DNA from: Utricularia gibba
Taxonomy: Eukaryota; Plantae; Magnoliophyta
DNA: 64,000 nucleotides
Direction: 5' to 3'
Assembly: GCA_002189035.1 (NCBI GenBank)
Contig: CM007989.1
Span: 4,898,001 to 4,962,000, forward strand
The position numbers and the translations under genes were made by a program. The notes beneath the pieces are model-generated. The model saw only the letters and a list, made by a program, of their open reading frames with translations, did not search any database and was not told the DNA's origin. This document shows, piece by piece, positions 13,224 through 27,122 of this stretch; positions within the stretch are counted from its first letter, which is position 1; each line of letters opens with the position of its first letter.

Positions 13224-14547
13224 TGTTAAGTGTCATTTTCTAGTTATTTATTAGGTATTATTATGTTTTAATGATGTATTAAGTCACCCAATTAGGAATT
13301 ATGGATAAGTAATTGTATTTCCTTAGAAAAATCCTATTTTCCTATTTTGTATATATATTTTCTGTATTTTTTCGTACTCTTTGACCGAGACATGTCAGGA
13401 GACTGTCGTGGAGTGTTGCAGGAGTATTGCAGGTGGTCAGAGTTTGACTTTTCGTGCCTTGTACGCGACTTAGAACGATTGTGGGCGGAATACTGACACT
13501 GGTCAAGGCCTCTGACTTACGATATGTCAGAGTCTGCAGAAATGATTGGGCGCTAACTTATACGCAAAGGAAAGCTGCTAGCACACGCAAGACAGAAGGA
13601 ATGATGGGAAGGGGACCCAAAGGAGTTAATGCACGTGGGGAGTCATATAAAACCTACTTGCAGCACTCATTTTCGGACTTTTGAACTTAGAATTTTGAAC
13701 CTTTGTTTCTAGACTTAGAACTTTTGAGTTCTTCCTCCCCTCCAAGGAGGAAGAACACTTAACTTCCAATTTCATTTCTGTTTTGATGGTCCTTTGTGAC
13801 TAAAACCTTTTAGTTTTTGGGAGAAGATGAAGTTTCCTTCCAAGTCCTAAGCAATACACTCGGTTCTTCGCTGATCTCAATTCGGATTCTGCATACTTCC
13901 ACGCTTCCTATTGCAGTCTTTCTGTAACGACTCCTAATCAAGGTCCATGAATAGCAAGCCACTCCTCGCGGATTTTGGTGAAGATCAAGGTGAAGAGCAC
14001 CAACTCCAACCCTACCAGTTCGAGGGAAGTAGCGGATTGTTTGTGGTCTAGGTACCGTGACAGTGGACAGGTTGTGACCTCGGACCAGCCACTGGCCATT
14101 GGCAACAGCTAGGCACACGCACACAATTCGGTTTTGAAGGCAATCGAAGGCAATCCTCTTGTATTCCTAATCGTCCAAGGGGGAATCATATGAGGCTATT
14201 CCCGTGCCTCCTTGTCAATTAGAGTGTAAGGAAGAGTAGTCTATTCCTTGCTCCTATAACCAACTATTCGGAAGAAATCAGTGAAAACTGAGGCAAGGAT
14301 GGACAAAGGAAGGAGACAGAATCTTATTCCCAAGAACTACATACCGTAGTCAAGGTCCATCACTTAGGTTGCATCTTTTATTTTTGCATCTCAAAAACCT
14401 CCTTTTACAAAACCGTGACATTTTGAAGAAGTTTCTTACAAACACTTTTCACGAAAAACAACTTCCTGAGATTGATACTCGTACTATGCTTTTTGTGTTT
14501 TACGTTTTATTAATATTTAAAATTTTTTGAAGAAATGACATGCAACA
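13224..14547 (+). mobile_element. Solo LTR with TSD GTTCA
   Basis: TGTTAAGTG...TGCAACA termini; GTTCA at 13219-13223 and 14548-14552; related to 34148-35982. Confidence 0.85.
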
Positions 14548-16299
14548 GTTCAACATTAGTAAAACAAATAGTTTGGAAAAAACAGAATCAGAAGAACAGG
14601 AATTAGACATAGCAGGTTGAGCCACAAGACAAATGTCTTTGGTAAAAATGTAGAGACCACAATGTTCTCTACCCATGCTAATCATCTTCTATGTGCACAA
14701 GTCCTCGAAGAAGCAAGAAGAGGAATTAAAGATGGGAGTGATGTGGTTGTTTTGTAAGAGTTTATAGATAGAAAATAGGTTAATATGAAAAGAGGGTATA
14801 TGAAAAACATTTTCCACATGCAAGGAGGAATTCAATCTAATAGTGTCAATATGTGTAACTTGAACTGATTGACCATTAAGAAATCTGAAAAAGTAGAGTG
14901 CTCACATTAGCTAGAAAAGAGTTTCAGGTTGCCGCACATATGTTTAGTTGCATCAAAGTTAATGATCTAGAAATTAACAAAAACTGTAGAAATGCTACCT
15001 ACACTAAAAGAATAAGGTATAGCAGATGAGTACATACCAAGAAGATCCATGGTAGCAATGTTGGGCTTCTGCTAAGTTACTAGTGTAGGATTCTTAGGAG
15101 GTGGAGGTGAAGTGGATTGTTGTCAGAAGTGGTTGAGAAGAGTTTGAAGTAGCCCATTGGTGATAGGAGTAGGTAAAAATGTTGATATATATTGTAAGAT
15201 CTCTCAATAGTGTGATTCTTCATATCACAATCGATGCATTTGAGCTTTTTTCGTTGGGATGTTTGAGGCGGGTGCTTTCCATGTTTTATGGTGGCTTGAC
15301 CTAAGAGTGTAGAGCCTTCAGATGGAAGTGGAAGTGTTGGATATTGGAGTCTCCTCTCTTCTTGATAGAGTATGTTAAGGACCTCTTTCAAAGTTAAAAG
15401 AGAAGGTTGCATCAGAATATAAGATCGAATAGCTCCATACTCTAGGTTGAACATATCCTAGAACTATTTGTAAAACGTGTCAAAGTAGTTCACGGTGCAT
15501 TTCCCACAAGAGCGATGTGGGAGTGGGTCAATAGTGTTCCAGTTCTATGAGCAATGTGGTGAATTTCATATAAAGAATATCAAGGGAATCAAAGCTTGTA
15601 TTAATGTTCCCAACTCATGCTGGATTTGAAAAATATGTGAGGTATAGGGTTGAGACCAACGCTATTCAAGGTTGACCCAAATATCTCTATCATTGGTTTG
15701 AAAGAGAATAGAGGAAAAGATTGTTGGCTCAATGCACTGAATAAAAGCAGCAACGAGCAGATTATTGCACCTCACCCATAATTTGTGAGGAGGATCAGAA
15801 ACATGAAGTTCTAGAAGAGTACCATCGATTAACCCTAGTTTATTGCAAGTAGAAAGTCCCAATCTAACCCCTTTCATCCAAATGAGATAATTCTCTCCAT
15901 TTAGATGAACGGGAGACAAGACGACCTTAGTTGTGTCCCCCTGAAGTAAGTGATATGGAGAGGAGGAAGAAGATGGGTCAGTGAGGGATAACGATGGCGA
16001 GGGTTTGCCCATAACTTTCAAAGCAATAATTGGTTGTGCAGCAAATTCCTATGTAATAGCTATAGAGAAGAAGAATATGAATGATGAGAGGGGAAGAGTT
16101 AGTGCTCAAGAAGAGCTTTTTAAAAATAAGATTGTAAGAATGTATTGTATTTCACTCCAAAAAAACTCTTACAAGATGTATAATGTGAGTGTGTATTTAT
16201 ACTTAAATTTACAATGATCAAATGTTTCCTTCTATAAGCTATGTCTGCATGGCCTAGAGTATAGGCTTGTTGTATTCATCTTTAACAAAAACAGATACA

Positions 16300-17560
16300 A
16301 TCATAGAAGATGTAATTCTTAGAAAAGTGATGCATCAAATGAAGAAAACACTGAGTTTGATAAATCATCCATTAAATGCTATATTCGTCACAATGTGTGA
16401 CATTTTTCTTGAAAATGTAAGAGTGCAAATGAAGATGAATTACATTCTTTTCATGAAATTACTAACCCAGATATTAATCCAATGATACTAATTACTTTCA
16501 ATGAAGATGCATTAGTAAATATGAAAAAGTGATATTTAGATTCTGGTGCAAGTAATCATATTTTTTAATAGAAGAACATGTTTTGATTTTCATAATGAAA
16601 CTTATGAAGGAAGTGTCACTTTTAGTAATTCATTTAAAATTAAAGTTGCAAACAAAGGGATGGTTTAGATGCAACTTAATGATGACTTACACAAGAAGAT
16701 CTCTCATGTTCTTATTCTAGGCATGAAGTGTAATACCTTGAGGTCTAGACAAGTTCTTGAGTTCAACATATATTTTGAAAACAAGGAATTCAATGTTGGG
16801 GCATGAGAAAAATCAAATTTTAGCTCATATGCAAATGATAACAAATAGGCTGTGTATTTTAAAGTTTGAGTATATTTTTTCTCTTCTTTTGAAGATCTCT
16901 TACACACAAGAACCTTGGATTTCCAAATAAGATTTGATCACATCAATTTCGCCCATCTCCATTTATTAAGCAAGTAATATGTTATTATTGGAATGTCACA
17001 AATTTGTCATCCCAACCAATTTTGAGAGGTTTCCATAATTGGAAAATAAATTAGGCGGATCATTTCTAAGGAATCAACTTTCCAATCTTCTAGACCCTTG
17101 GAACCAGCATATAGTAATATGTGTGGATGCATGTAGAAGAAAAATCTGGATATAATTGATGAATAATAAATTAGATGCTTTCAAAATTTTCAAAAAATTT
17201 CACACCAAGGTGCAGAGACAAATGGTCTAAAGTTAAAGTGTTTGAGAAGTGAAAATAGATTAAAATTCACACCCAACTATTTTTATGAATATTATAATAA
17301 GTTAGGAATTTACATCATAACATTTAGAACATTACAGCAAAATAGTATTTTGGAGAGGAGAAATAGGATGGTTATGAATATACTATAATATAAGTTGAAA
17401 ATTAAATATATCCAAAAGAGTTCTAGGGAGATGTACTAGTTACAGTCATTTATTTTTTAAATAAACCTATAACTAGAAGGATTTAAGGTATGACTTATTA
17501 ATAGAGATGAAATGACATCAAACCAAAAGGTCATCATCTTAGAATTTTTGAAATATTGTG
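16300..17560 (+). pseudogene. Highly degraded copia protease/integrase relic
   Basis: YLDSGASNH (about 16530), LKLKCLRSEN (about 17230) and QQNSILERRNR (about 17340), with many stops and frameshifts. Confidence 0.7.
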
Positions 17561-17779
17561 CATAATAATTAAGAACAAATATTTTATCGTAATTTTATAA
17601 TAAAAAATAGTGTCACTAATAGTCACATTATGTGTTTCAAATATTATTTTGATATTTTCTTGATTTTTTGTATATTATATTTTATAAAGATGGATTAAAT
17701 TATTTATTTAATCCACTATCAATATCAATTTATCTGAAAAATAAATATGATACATAATTCAATTAGATCAAGTAATCAA

Positions 17780-18150
17780 GAGGAAAAAGGTGAACAAAAT
17801 CCTTCAAATGTGATGCCTAGTAGCCAAAAAAGGTAGAAGAATATAAAACCTGGTAGTTAAAAATGAAGAAAGAAATAAATCTTATTATCTCTTATGACAT
17901 AAAGGAAATTTCTTCATGTCATATTTGTACTAGAAAAATTCAAATCTTATTTATTGGGAAGTAAAGTTGTCATTCACAAACCATTTGGTGGTGAAGCACT
18001 TAATATATAAGAGAGATTCTAAATTGACATTTATTAGATGGATTTTTCTTGTTCAAAATTTGATGTTGAAATTTAAAACATACATGGATGAGAGAATTTT
18101 ATGACTGACCACCTTAGCAGGATTGAAAGAAGCAAAACAAATAGTATTAT
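17780..18150 (+). pseudogene. Gypsy (Athila-like) RNase H relic
   Basis: VIFVLEKFKSYLL-SKVVIH, IRWIFLVQNFDVEI, DHLSRIE. Confidence 0.7.
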
Positions 18151-18159
18151 TGTAGAAAT

Positions 18160-19270
18160 GTTACTAATAAAAAACACAGATAGGATGAGAGAATTTTCTA
18201 GCATGAAACACGACAGGTGGGTCTCAATCGAAGAAAGGGTTGCACTCTTCCTTGGTACACTAGCACATAATAAAAAGACAAGGTATCAAAAATTTGATTT
18301 CATGAGATCTACGGCTATATATACCATTTATCTTAACCAAATTTTAAAATCTGTTATTAAGTTTTATGATAAACTGTTGGTTAAGCCAAAGTCTATTTGC
18401 AATAGGGATGGTTCAAGCTTCAAATTTTTTGAGGCAACAGATATGTCATAGTATGCTTTTAAGTCGATATTTGTTATTGTTGGTGTTAACATGAAATAAG
18501 TATTTATTATTATTTTCTTCTAAAGTTGCAATTGTTTAGGTACATTAGATGGAACTAATGTGAATGGTATAGTAAAAGAGGTGGATAAAGCTCCTTATTG
18601 AATATGTAAAAGATTAATAGCAACTAATGTATTAGGAGTTTGTGATGATAAGATGTGCTTCATATATGTACTACTAGAATGGAAGGGCTATGCAGATAGA
18701 TAAATATTCCATGATCTCCTTACATAAAGGAACCCATTTTGTGTTCCTAAGGATGCAACATATCTATGTGTTTGTGCATTATTTATATACCACCTTTCCT
18801 AATTTTTTTTGTTCATTATGATTTTTCTAGGTTATTGTTATCTAACAGATAATGAATATGTGAAAATTGAAGGTTTTTTTATGCCATATTGAGGTGGAGG
18901 GTACCATTTTAATGATTTGGCAAACATACTCAAATACTTAAAAATGAAAAAGAATATTTTAATGTACAGCATGCAATGTTATTGAACAGACTTGTGGAAT
19001 CATGAAAAAAAAGATAGGGTATATTGTATTCCACCTCATTCTATCTTATAAACAAGCAAATCCAGATCATCAGTGCAAGTAACTTCACAATTTCAAACAT
19101 CGCAAAATGACCCAAGACCCATATGAAGACGAGGTTCTGGATAAATATTACAATAACAAGACAAGTCATGGTAGTTTTATGTCATTTGAGAGTATGTCAT
19201 CAGTTAAGAACATCAATGAATGGAATAATTATAGAGATTGTGTTCCATGTTCAATGTATTTGGAATGGGT
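18160..19270 (+). pseudogene. Second PIF/Harbinger transposase relic
   Basis: VSIEERVALFLGTLAHNKK, NCLGTLDGTN, NVLGVCDDK, EWKGYA; many stops. Confidence 0.8.
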
Positions 19271-21499
19271 TGATTGATGAGTACCTAAATGTGTAGATTT
19301 GTTGCAATCCATATTCTATTTTGCAATTTTTTATAAGTTTTTTCAAAGCTTTTTTCCATTGCATTGTGGAATTACTATAAATTATTATGAAATGATAGTA
19401 TTTCTTATGCTTAGTTTTATCTGATATTTTTTTTAATTGATTGCATGTTTCTGAGATTTAGGTCGAATCTAATTCTAGTTTTTGACATATGACTTTACAT
19501 TCATGTCATTGTTTGATCAACTTTTAGTTCATCAATGTATGCCTAGTTTTTTTTTTCTATTGTAAGATTGATCAATATCTCTAGTGATTATTTGTTTCTT
19601 TGAAAAAATATGTTATTCAGTGGTGTATGACTTTGTTCATGTGATTTATCTGATTTGATTTGTTATTGAGACCTCATGATGAAGAGACTAGAAGGATGAA
19701 GAGTAACGAAGTAAAAACGAATTTTTCGAAAGGTGGAGTCTCTCAGGCTCAAAAAATAGCAATTCATATACTATCACTAAATAGCCAATCACATCATAAC
19801 TCAAACATACATCAATATCTTAACCGGGGACAAGTGAATAGGCATTGATACCCATTCAAGTATCATTGTGACTATTCGATGTTGACAATCACTTTCAGTA
19901 ATCAACTTGGATGATATTTGTAATAACATACCATTGGTTTCATTCTCATAATACTTTACGTATAAAGCAAGAAAAGATAAACACAACCTACAAACACTTG
20001 GAAGTTGATGATAAAAAAGAGGAAAAGGATATTATAGCCGATAAAAAATTCCAACATATATCTTGATATTATATAATGCCTTGAATAAGGCTACAAATCA
20101 ATTACAAACTAACAAAGATGAACCATCTAACATTTATCCATACTAGCCACTATGTAACATCCTTAAAATAAATAGTCACAAGAAAGCTTTATAGCATATT
20201 ATTACTTATGTCCTACAACCTTCACCTCAATAATGTGGAGAAGGACCGATTCCAAATCTCTTCCTCAGATCCTTAAATCTAAAATGGCTATCGATTTGGT
20301 AAGTAAAATCAGCAATTAGTTGAGTAGAACACCAGCTTCATAAAACCTTCATTGTCAACTTTACAAAGAATATGCATCATGTAGTCATCGAAACAGGATT
20401 TTTTGTGACTAAAATTGCAGACTTAAGTCATAGATAATACTTGTTGGACCACACACTTCATATCCAAATCCTCAAGAAGTTTGCATAGCTATGGAGCTTG
20501 GTTATAGGCCTTAGAAATAATATCAAATTCAGCTTCCACCATGGATTGAGCAACAATAGACTGCTTCTTTGAACATCAACAACCCATGCCACTTTCAAGA
20601 TAAAGCTCATAAGTGCTTTTTAAATCATCCAAAGATCCAATAAGGTCTTAATCTACAAATCCAAACATGTTATCTAAAAGTCAAATGTCGCTTTACAATA
20701 ACATAAAATTCTTTGTGTGACAACCAAATGATGTATCGTTGGTGAATGCAAACCTAGAAAACAGACATACTAGATAAAAATTCTCAAGTCTAGTCGAAAA
20801 CAGAACCATCAATTTTACAATCTTAGAGTATTATAAGATTGGATTAACAATAAACATATCACAATGTTTTCCAATTATGGAGTTAGGAACCAATGGTGAA
20901 GGCGCTCTTCCACTTTGATTGAATTCGAAGAACTTGAGTATTTATGGAGTATACTTTCTTTGAGATACAAATATTTTTTCAGAAGTTTGATCTACCTCTT
21001 TCCCTAGAAAAATGAATAACTCCCTAAGCTCATTTAATTCAAACCAACTCAAAAGGAAATATTTATATTCATCATAAGTGGCACATGATTTCATACAAAT
21101 TAAAATGTCATGAATGTAAATTGAGACTACTAGAATTTCATCACCAAGACTTTCAACGTATTGGTTAGGATCCTACTGTAAGTATTTACTCCCAAAAAAT
21201 CATGGTTATCTTCAAGTATGAAAATCATAGTAATCTAGGAAAAGGACAGAACCTAAGTCATGATACATTACTAAGGCAACTTCATCCTACCGCAAGTATT
21301 TACTCTAATTTCTTTTCCTATACTTCAATCAAATTAAGGCCAGCCACTTAGATAAGCATTCATCACATAAAGACTTAGACCAATGACTATTTAGTATACT
21401 TGTACCATCAAGGTAAATAAAAGGAACAAGAACATACACTATAGTTACTAAGGACCATTCTTTTTTTTTTTTTTTTTGGAAGGAAGTGCTTGATTTGGA

Positions 21500-22620
21500 G
21501 AAGATCATTTGGATTACGAAACCTTATGTGTAATGATTAACCATGGTTTTGCCAAACAATCCTAAAGCCACATTAAAATCATTCACGGACATGTGAAAAT
21601 GTTTACTACCAAGACAGAAATCAACTCCTTAAAAGTAGGGTTACCTGCAACATCCTTCACACAATAGTATAAAATTCAAAAACAAGCTTGGAATAAACAT
21701 GCAAACTAAATTCAGAAAATCTATGCCATTTAGGGGAAGCATCAAACAAACGATTAATATTAGCAAGCAAGTTCATATGCACCAAAGTAGGAACATGCAA
21801 GTTGAAATCAAATAAAATTCTGCGAGAGGTTAAGAGATTAAACAAAAGGTTCGCATTTTTATCTGAAAATATCACAGTATTTTTCAGCTGAGTCTAAGTA
21901 GAGGACTATAATGCTCGGTCTTGCCAGAATTTTGTGCGATTGTGCTGCACTTTACCTCTTTGTATGGGTTGGGATGCCTCATCAGCATCCTATTCACTGG
22001 CAGGAACTCTATGCATGACCCTTCCATAGCGGTATGCTCCATTTCTAAAATCAAAAGATCCACCTCCTCGTCGATGGTGATCTCTTCAAGGGCATCTTTT
22101 TCATGCTAGAGAAGTAGATGAATGTAGAATTGGATTTTCTCTTTCTTTACCCTCTTCTCCAATAGGTTCCTCCGGTTGAGGCTGCAGATTCATAGACGTA
22201 GAATCAGGTTCAAGGGAATTTGGTGAAGGAATCTCCATCTCATCAACAGCAATAGTAGCAGCAGCGGGGTCATGGTACCACTCTAGGTACAACACCGGAG
22301 GCACAATGGTCACAGGCATGACCTCAATAGGAGGAGATTCCGATGCAGTGCCTGGAGTTAGTTTAGTTTAGTGGGTATAGAAGCTTCCGCTGGGTTATTG
22401 GTGCGGCAATGCTGAGTCCCTTGGAATGGCCCAGCAGTAGTAGTTTCGCGCTTCCGATGTGGGACCTTGGCAGTGCTGTTGCTTCGAGTAACCGAAGAGA
22501 TGGGATGGAGGAGATATCTCAAGGGATTTTGTTTATGAACCATCGCTAAGTGTTCTACATTTGCGTCAGATATAGAGATTGGGCAAATCTCATTGATTTG
22601 GTTCAAGTACTGCTAGCTTT
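21500..22620 (-). pseudogene. Relic of an Athila-type env-like/extra ORF
   Basis: Acidic low-complexity region followed by RRILFDFNL...FSEFSLHVYSKLVFEFY, resembling YVELMYEFASTF in 44338-44664. Confidence 0.45.
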
Positions 22621-22699
22621 GTCCATGCTGAAGTTCAATACCTATCCATCGAACTGTATAGGGATTGTGCTAGCTTGGACATGAACATTAGTTCCAAGG

Positions 22700-23240
22700 G
22701 AGATGCAAGAAGTTAATCAACCCAAGTCTTTAATGATCCCACCACATTTTCCTATGAGACTTTGAAGAAATAGCAAAGACAAACATGGATTCAAAGCATT
22801 AATGAAGATGATGAAGAAGGTCAATGTGCACATCCCCTTGTCGGATATGATCGATCAAGTGCCCAAGTATGTAAAGATGTTGATAGACTTGTGTGACACC
22901 AAGAAGAAGGAAAAGGTGAAAGAAGTGATTTCTTTGACTGAAAATATTTCATCAATTATTCAAAGAAGAATTCCGAGAAAGTGTAAGAATCCTATTATGT
23001 TTTCCATTCCTGTGACTATTGGTGAAATGATAATTTCAGTTGTCATTTGTGATTTAAGATTTTCGATTAATGTTATGTCTTGGTCTCTTTATCTTTCTCT
23101 TACATCTAAACTAGATAAACATCAGTCCACTAGTGTTGTTTATCAATTAGCTGATAGGTCACATATTAAGTCTAATGGTAAAGTTGATGATGTATTTGTT
23201 CATGTGGATTTTTTCTGCTGGCTTTTTATCAAACTCTTGA
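22700..23240 (+). pseudogene. Gypsy gag C-terminus / aspartic protease relic
   Basis: VNVHIPLSDMIDQVPKYVK...PRKCKNP-MFSIPVTIG...CDLRFSINVMS...QLADRS. Confidence 0.8.
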
Positions 23241-26200
23241 GTTCAATTGGATGTAAAACTATGAATGGTGCATTCCTTCCGAAATTCCAAATTGCATTCT
23301 CATAGATCTTTGATAAATGATTGATAGAAATTCACCTACTTAAAAAAATCCTATAACCTTTAGAATTAGTTGAATAACTCACAGGAATGCCCTAGAAGCT
23401 CTACAATTAAACTTAATCCTTTGAGAGCAAAGAACATAACAATAATAGATGCTTACTAACACCCACAAAAACGTTGCAAGTGGCTTATTCTCAAACCACC
23501 TTTAAAAAGGTGTTGAAAATAATATAGCCTTGTGAGGTAATCAATTCTCTAAGATCACAAAGGTAGAAGTTACTCCATTCCACAAATAATGAGGAAGTTG
23601 TTTTTCATGCAGCAAGTATCATATCATATTAACTATACTTTTATTTTTTCCCTAGACACACTATTTTCTTGAGGATTATATGGCACAGTAAGATGGTGTT
23701 TTACACCATGATTCTTTGATTAAACTCCAAAAACATTGTTTGTAAAGTCACTACCATTGTCACTTCGAAAAATTTTAATGACTACAAAATTTTACTTCTA
23801 AACATAGCCTTTAAAATCGTGAAATACATCAAGCATCTCTTACGTGCTTTTGAGAAAATTTGATGTAATCATCAATTAATATCATAAAATATCTACTAAC
23901 ATTTACAGAATCATGGGAAGAGAGCCAATTAAATCACTATGAACCAATTCCAAATTGTCATTGACGTTGAAGGTAGTTGGATAAAATGGATTTTGCCATA
24001 ATTTGCCATATTTGCAAGGGAGAAATTTCTGAAAAGATAGGATCAAAAGCTCGTATGTGATGTATCAAGTCCTTATTTATCATCATTTTAAGATAATCAG
24101 GACTAATATGACCAAATCGGGTACACCACAAAGTAGCAATATCACTAGTATTTATCGTAAATGCATTAAAGTCAAGAGCAAAGTTCCTATTCACTTTTTG
24201 AATAGAGAACAAATGGTCTCTTCAAAACTTTTCTTTTAATTTTTTTTTTCCTTCGAGCATTCTTCTTTAACAAAGTTAATTTTGCTTCATTAATAGCCAC
24301 GAAAGCTTTCTAAAAAATCATTAATGAGCGTCTTCCCTACAAGCAATTTTCACATCAAATTTCTCTAGTACATAAGTTAAAATCTTTTCAAGAATATAAT
24401 TATCATTAAATATTTTGTTGTCAACGAGCCGAATTTGGTTGGTTGTAGCCAAAAGTATATGCATACATTCTTTAATCATTCCATGAGACTTCATCCTTGA
24501 AACTTCCAACTCACATGTAAGGGTTAAAACATCAAACTCTTTAGTTTTATCAGTATTCAGGAAATGCTTAGTGATCTTATTCCAAGCTGTTTTTTGTGGT
24601 GGTATGATCCATTATACAAGGAAACACATTTGGATCAACTGCAGAGAAAATTACATCAAAAGCACTATAATAACGTGCAACTTTCTCATTATGCGCATGT
24701 AATTGAGTCAGTGTGGCATTTGTAGGTGATGTTGACTCTACTTCCTCACAAACAATGGACCTTAGGTTTTGGCCCTTCGTATAGATTACAAGCCAATAAC
24801 AAACTTATAAACATGAACTATCTACCATTTATTCATACTAACCTCAATTTTAACCCTTCAATCATGTTTTCCTTGGGCCTAACTTTATTGAATTGTAGCA
24901 GAGGCTGTCGAACCAACTCATGTGTTGAAACTAGCGTCAAGCCATGATACCAAAAAAAAGTGACCAAGTGACGACGTAGCCGCCCATTTCGTGCGCAGGC
25001 AAGTTGCATTGGAGTGGTCAAGATTCGTATCAAGTTTTTTTCTGCAGCTGCAGAGGAAGATAAACGACACTCATCCCCATGCGAGGCAGTGACTCAACTG
25101 CCCAAGTAAATGCAAGAAATCGAAGGTGACACATAACACAACGGCAACCAGACAAAACATTTCAGTTCACTTCACTCTCCACTGCCAACAGCATCAGCAA
25201 CCAGCCCGTACACTGTGACATGCGCAGAAAGAGTAAATATGAGAATTTATTGACTGCGTGAATTTTTTATGAGAACTATCTTCAAAAAAAATATCCATGC
25301 ACATGGCGTGCTTCAGCATTCAAAGCCCCCTCTTCTGAAAAGTAAACCAAACGTCCTTACCGTTAAAAGCAAACCACTACCTCATGAACACAAGAATCCT
25401 TTGGACAGAAAAAAATTATAAGCATGATGCCTATAAGCTTATGGCATTAAAACAGAAAAAAAAAAAGGAGATATATGGTTACCTATTCGGGCCCCGTTCA
25501 AATCTACCGTAGCAAATACGACTAAATAATTTTAAAGGGTTCAATTCGAATCATTTAGTTTGTGGTCCAAGCCTACTTATTAAGTGAGCTTGTGGATGCA
25601 TCCAAATGTCATATCAAATATTTGAGATTATGATATTTGGATATTAATTTTAGTATATATTATCGATTTATCATTTTATTTTTTATAATTTACTGATTGC
25701 GATGGTCGGTATATTATATTAGAAATGATTTAATGTAAATATGGTATTCCAAATAGCATATTTATTGCGATGGAATTTGGATTTTTTTTTCGATATTTTA
25801 TATGTTCTAGCTTATTTATATTTTTTAAAAAAGTAAAAATATTTTATACATAGAGTATAACAATTTTCCAAAACATTCTCACTTTTAATTCTTCTGCTTT
25901 TGTGCTCAGACGTACTCATTCTGATGTGTGGTCAAATGAGTAGCCACTTGGACGGTTTCCCTCCAAATGGTCGGGTGGCGTTGCTCGAGACGACGCATGA
26001 CAAAGTGGTCGGCAGCCTACACGATAAACACTCTCAATGAATTTTGAGACAAGTCGTGATTCAACAAAGAATAAAGCTTTAATGCACCAAAGCTTGTTAT
26101 ATGATATCCAACTGCCCCAGTCTCGCTTATTAGTATATGTACTTATATAAAATAATATATGTGAATACATAATAATATGAACTTTATTATATACCCTTTT

Positions 26201-27122
26201 GATTCATAACAAAGTATAAACTCATGATATCTTATCAGTAGGATTATCTCCCCGAGTTGTTAAACTTGATGTCCCAATAGCTTCTTCATCTTGTGGTGAG
26301 TGTGGGAGATCCATTGTATATATCCTCTAGAACTTTCTCTTCGCATTTAGGTGGAAACTTTATATTGTTTGTTAATTTTAAGAACTGGAAATAGGGGTCT
26401 GTGGTGTCTACAATTTTTTATTTTCATTAAAGGGTGATGATTAAAATTGATGTTTAGTAGTAATTTTAGTATAAAGTATGTGTTATTAAAAGGTCTTTTG
26501 GTAGAAGTATATAAATATGTTTAAATATAATGTAATTAAATAAATAAATATATATATATATATAATCATATATAATATTTGATATCTAAGAATAAAAGTA
26601 TGAATGTGTGAGTAGTATAGAGACAATTAATCCTTTACTCTTCTCCATTTGTGTATAACACTCACATGCTCAAAAAATGAGTATGTAATTAATATATTCA
26701 TACAAGACTGATAATATATATATATATATATGCTAGTTAATCAAATTCTAATTTATGTGTAAATTTTAATATAAATCTTTTATACTATATTATAAAACAC
26801 CCTCCAATTAAATAAAGTGTAGATTTACATAAATCCTCAATGAGTTTAAAAGAAATTCTCTTAATACCTGCTTTATTTAAACTTGTTATTACACGTCGCA
26901 TAATTTATAATAGTTATTCTAAACCCTAGAAACTGGATATAACATGTTTTTGGAAGATAATAATAATGAAATAAAGAATAAAAAAAGCCTTGCTGCTGAC
27001 GTTCGTCCGTCGGATCGGTTTAAATGTCCGTGTGCCATCGCCAATAGAATTGGGAACACCTTTCCTAGGATTTGAACTGACCCTTGTTTTCCCCATTCCG
27101 TTGCTTTAAATTCCCGAGGGAC

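Larger units (their letters stand above)
10818..16260 (-). mobile_element. Old degenerate Ty1/copia element interrupted by two solo LTRs
   Basis: gag SPYHLLQGD...LNGENYLIW...NKLGLIDG (15662-16021); RT IGNNWIY, LDINNAFING, VVYVDNIV, KYILGLEIVR (10818-11530); LTR remnant about 16105-16260. Confidence 0.85.
20217..24953 (-). mobile_element. Degraded copia element with embedded gypsy fragments
   Basis: PBS-like TGGTATCATGGC (24942-24953), gag EVSRMKSH...LEKIL, LWCTRFGH, LRSDNGSDF, RNase H SKKQSIVAQSMVEAEF (about 20500-20600), purine tract before TG at about 20217. Confidence 0.7.

Noticed and set aside
26540-26740. (TA)n tracts
   Set aside because: Ordinary microsatellites; no clear Stowaway TIRs found.
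27084-27122. Longer N-terminus for the bHLH suggested by the ORF track
   Set aside because: Starts at TTG with a stop just upstream; the first in-frame ATG is 27123.
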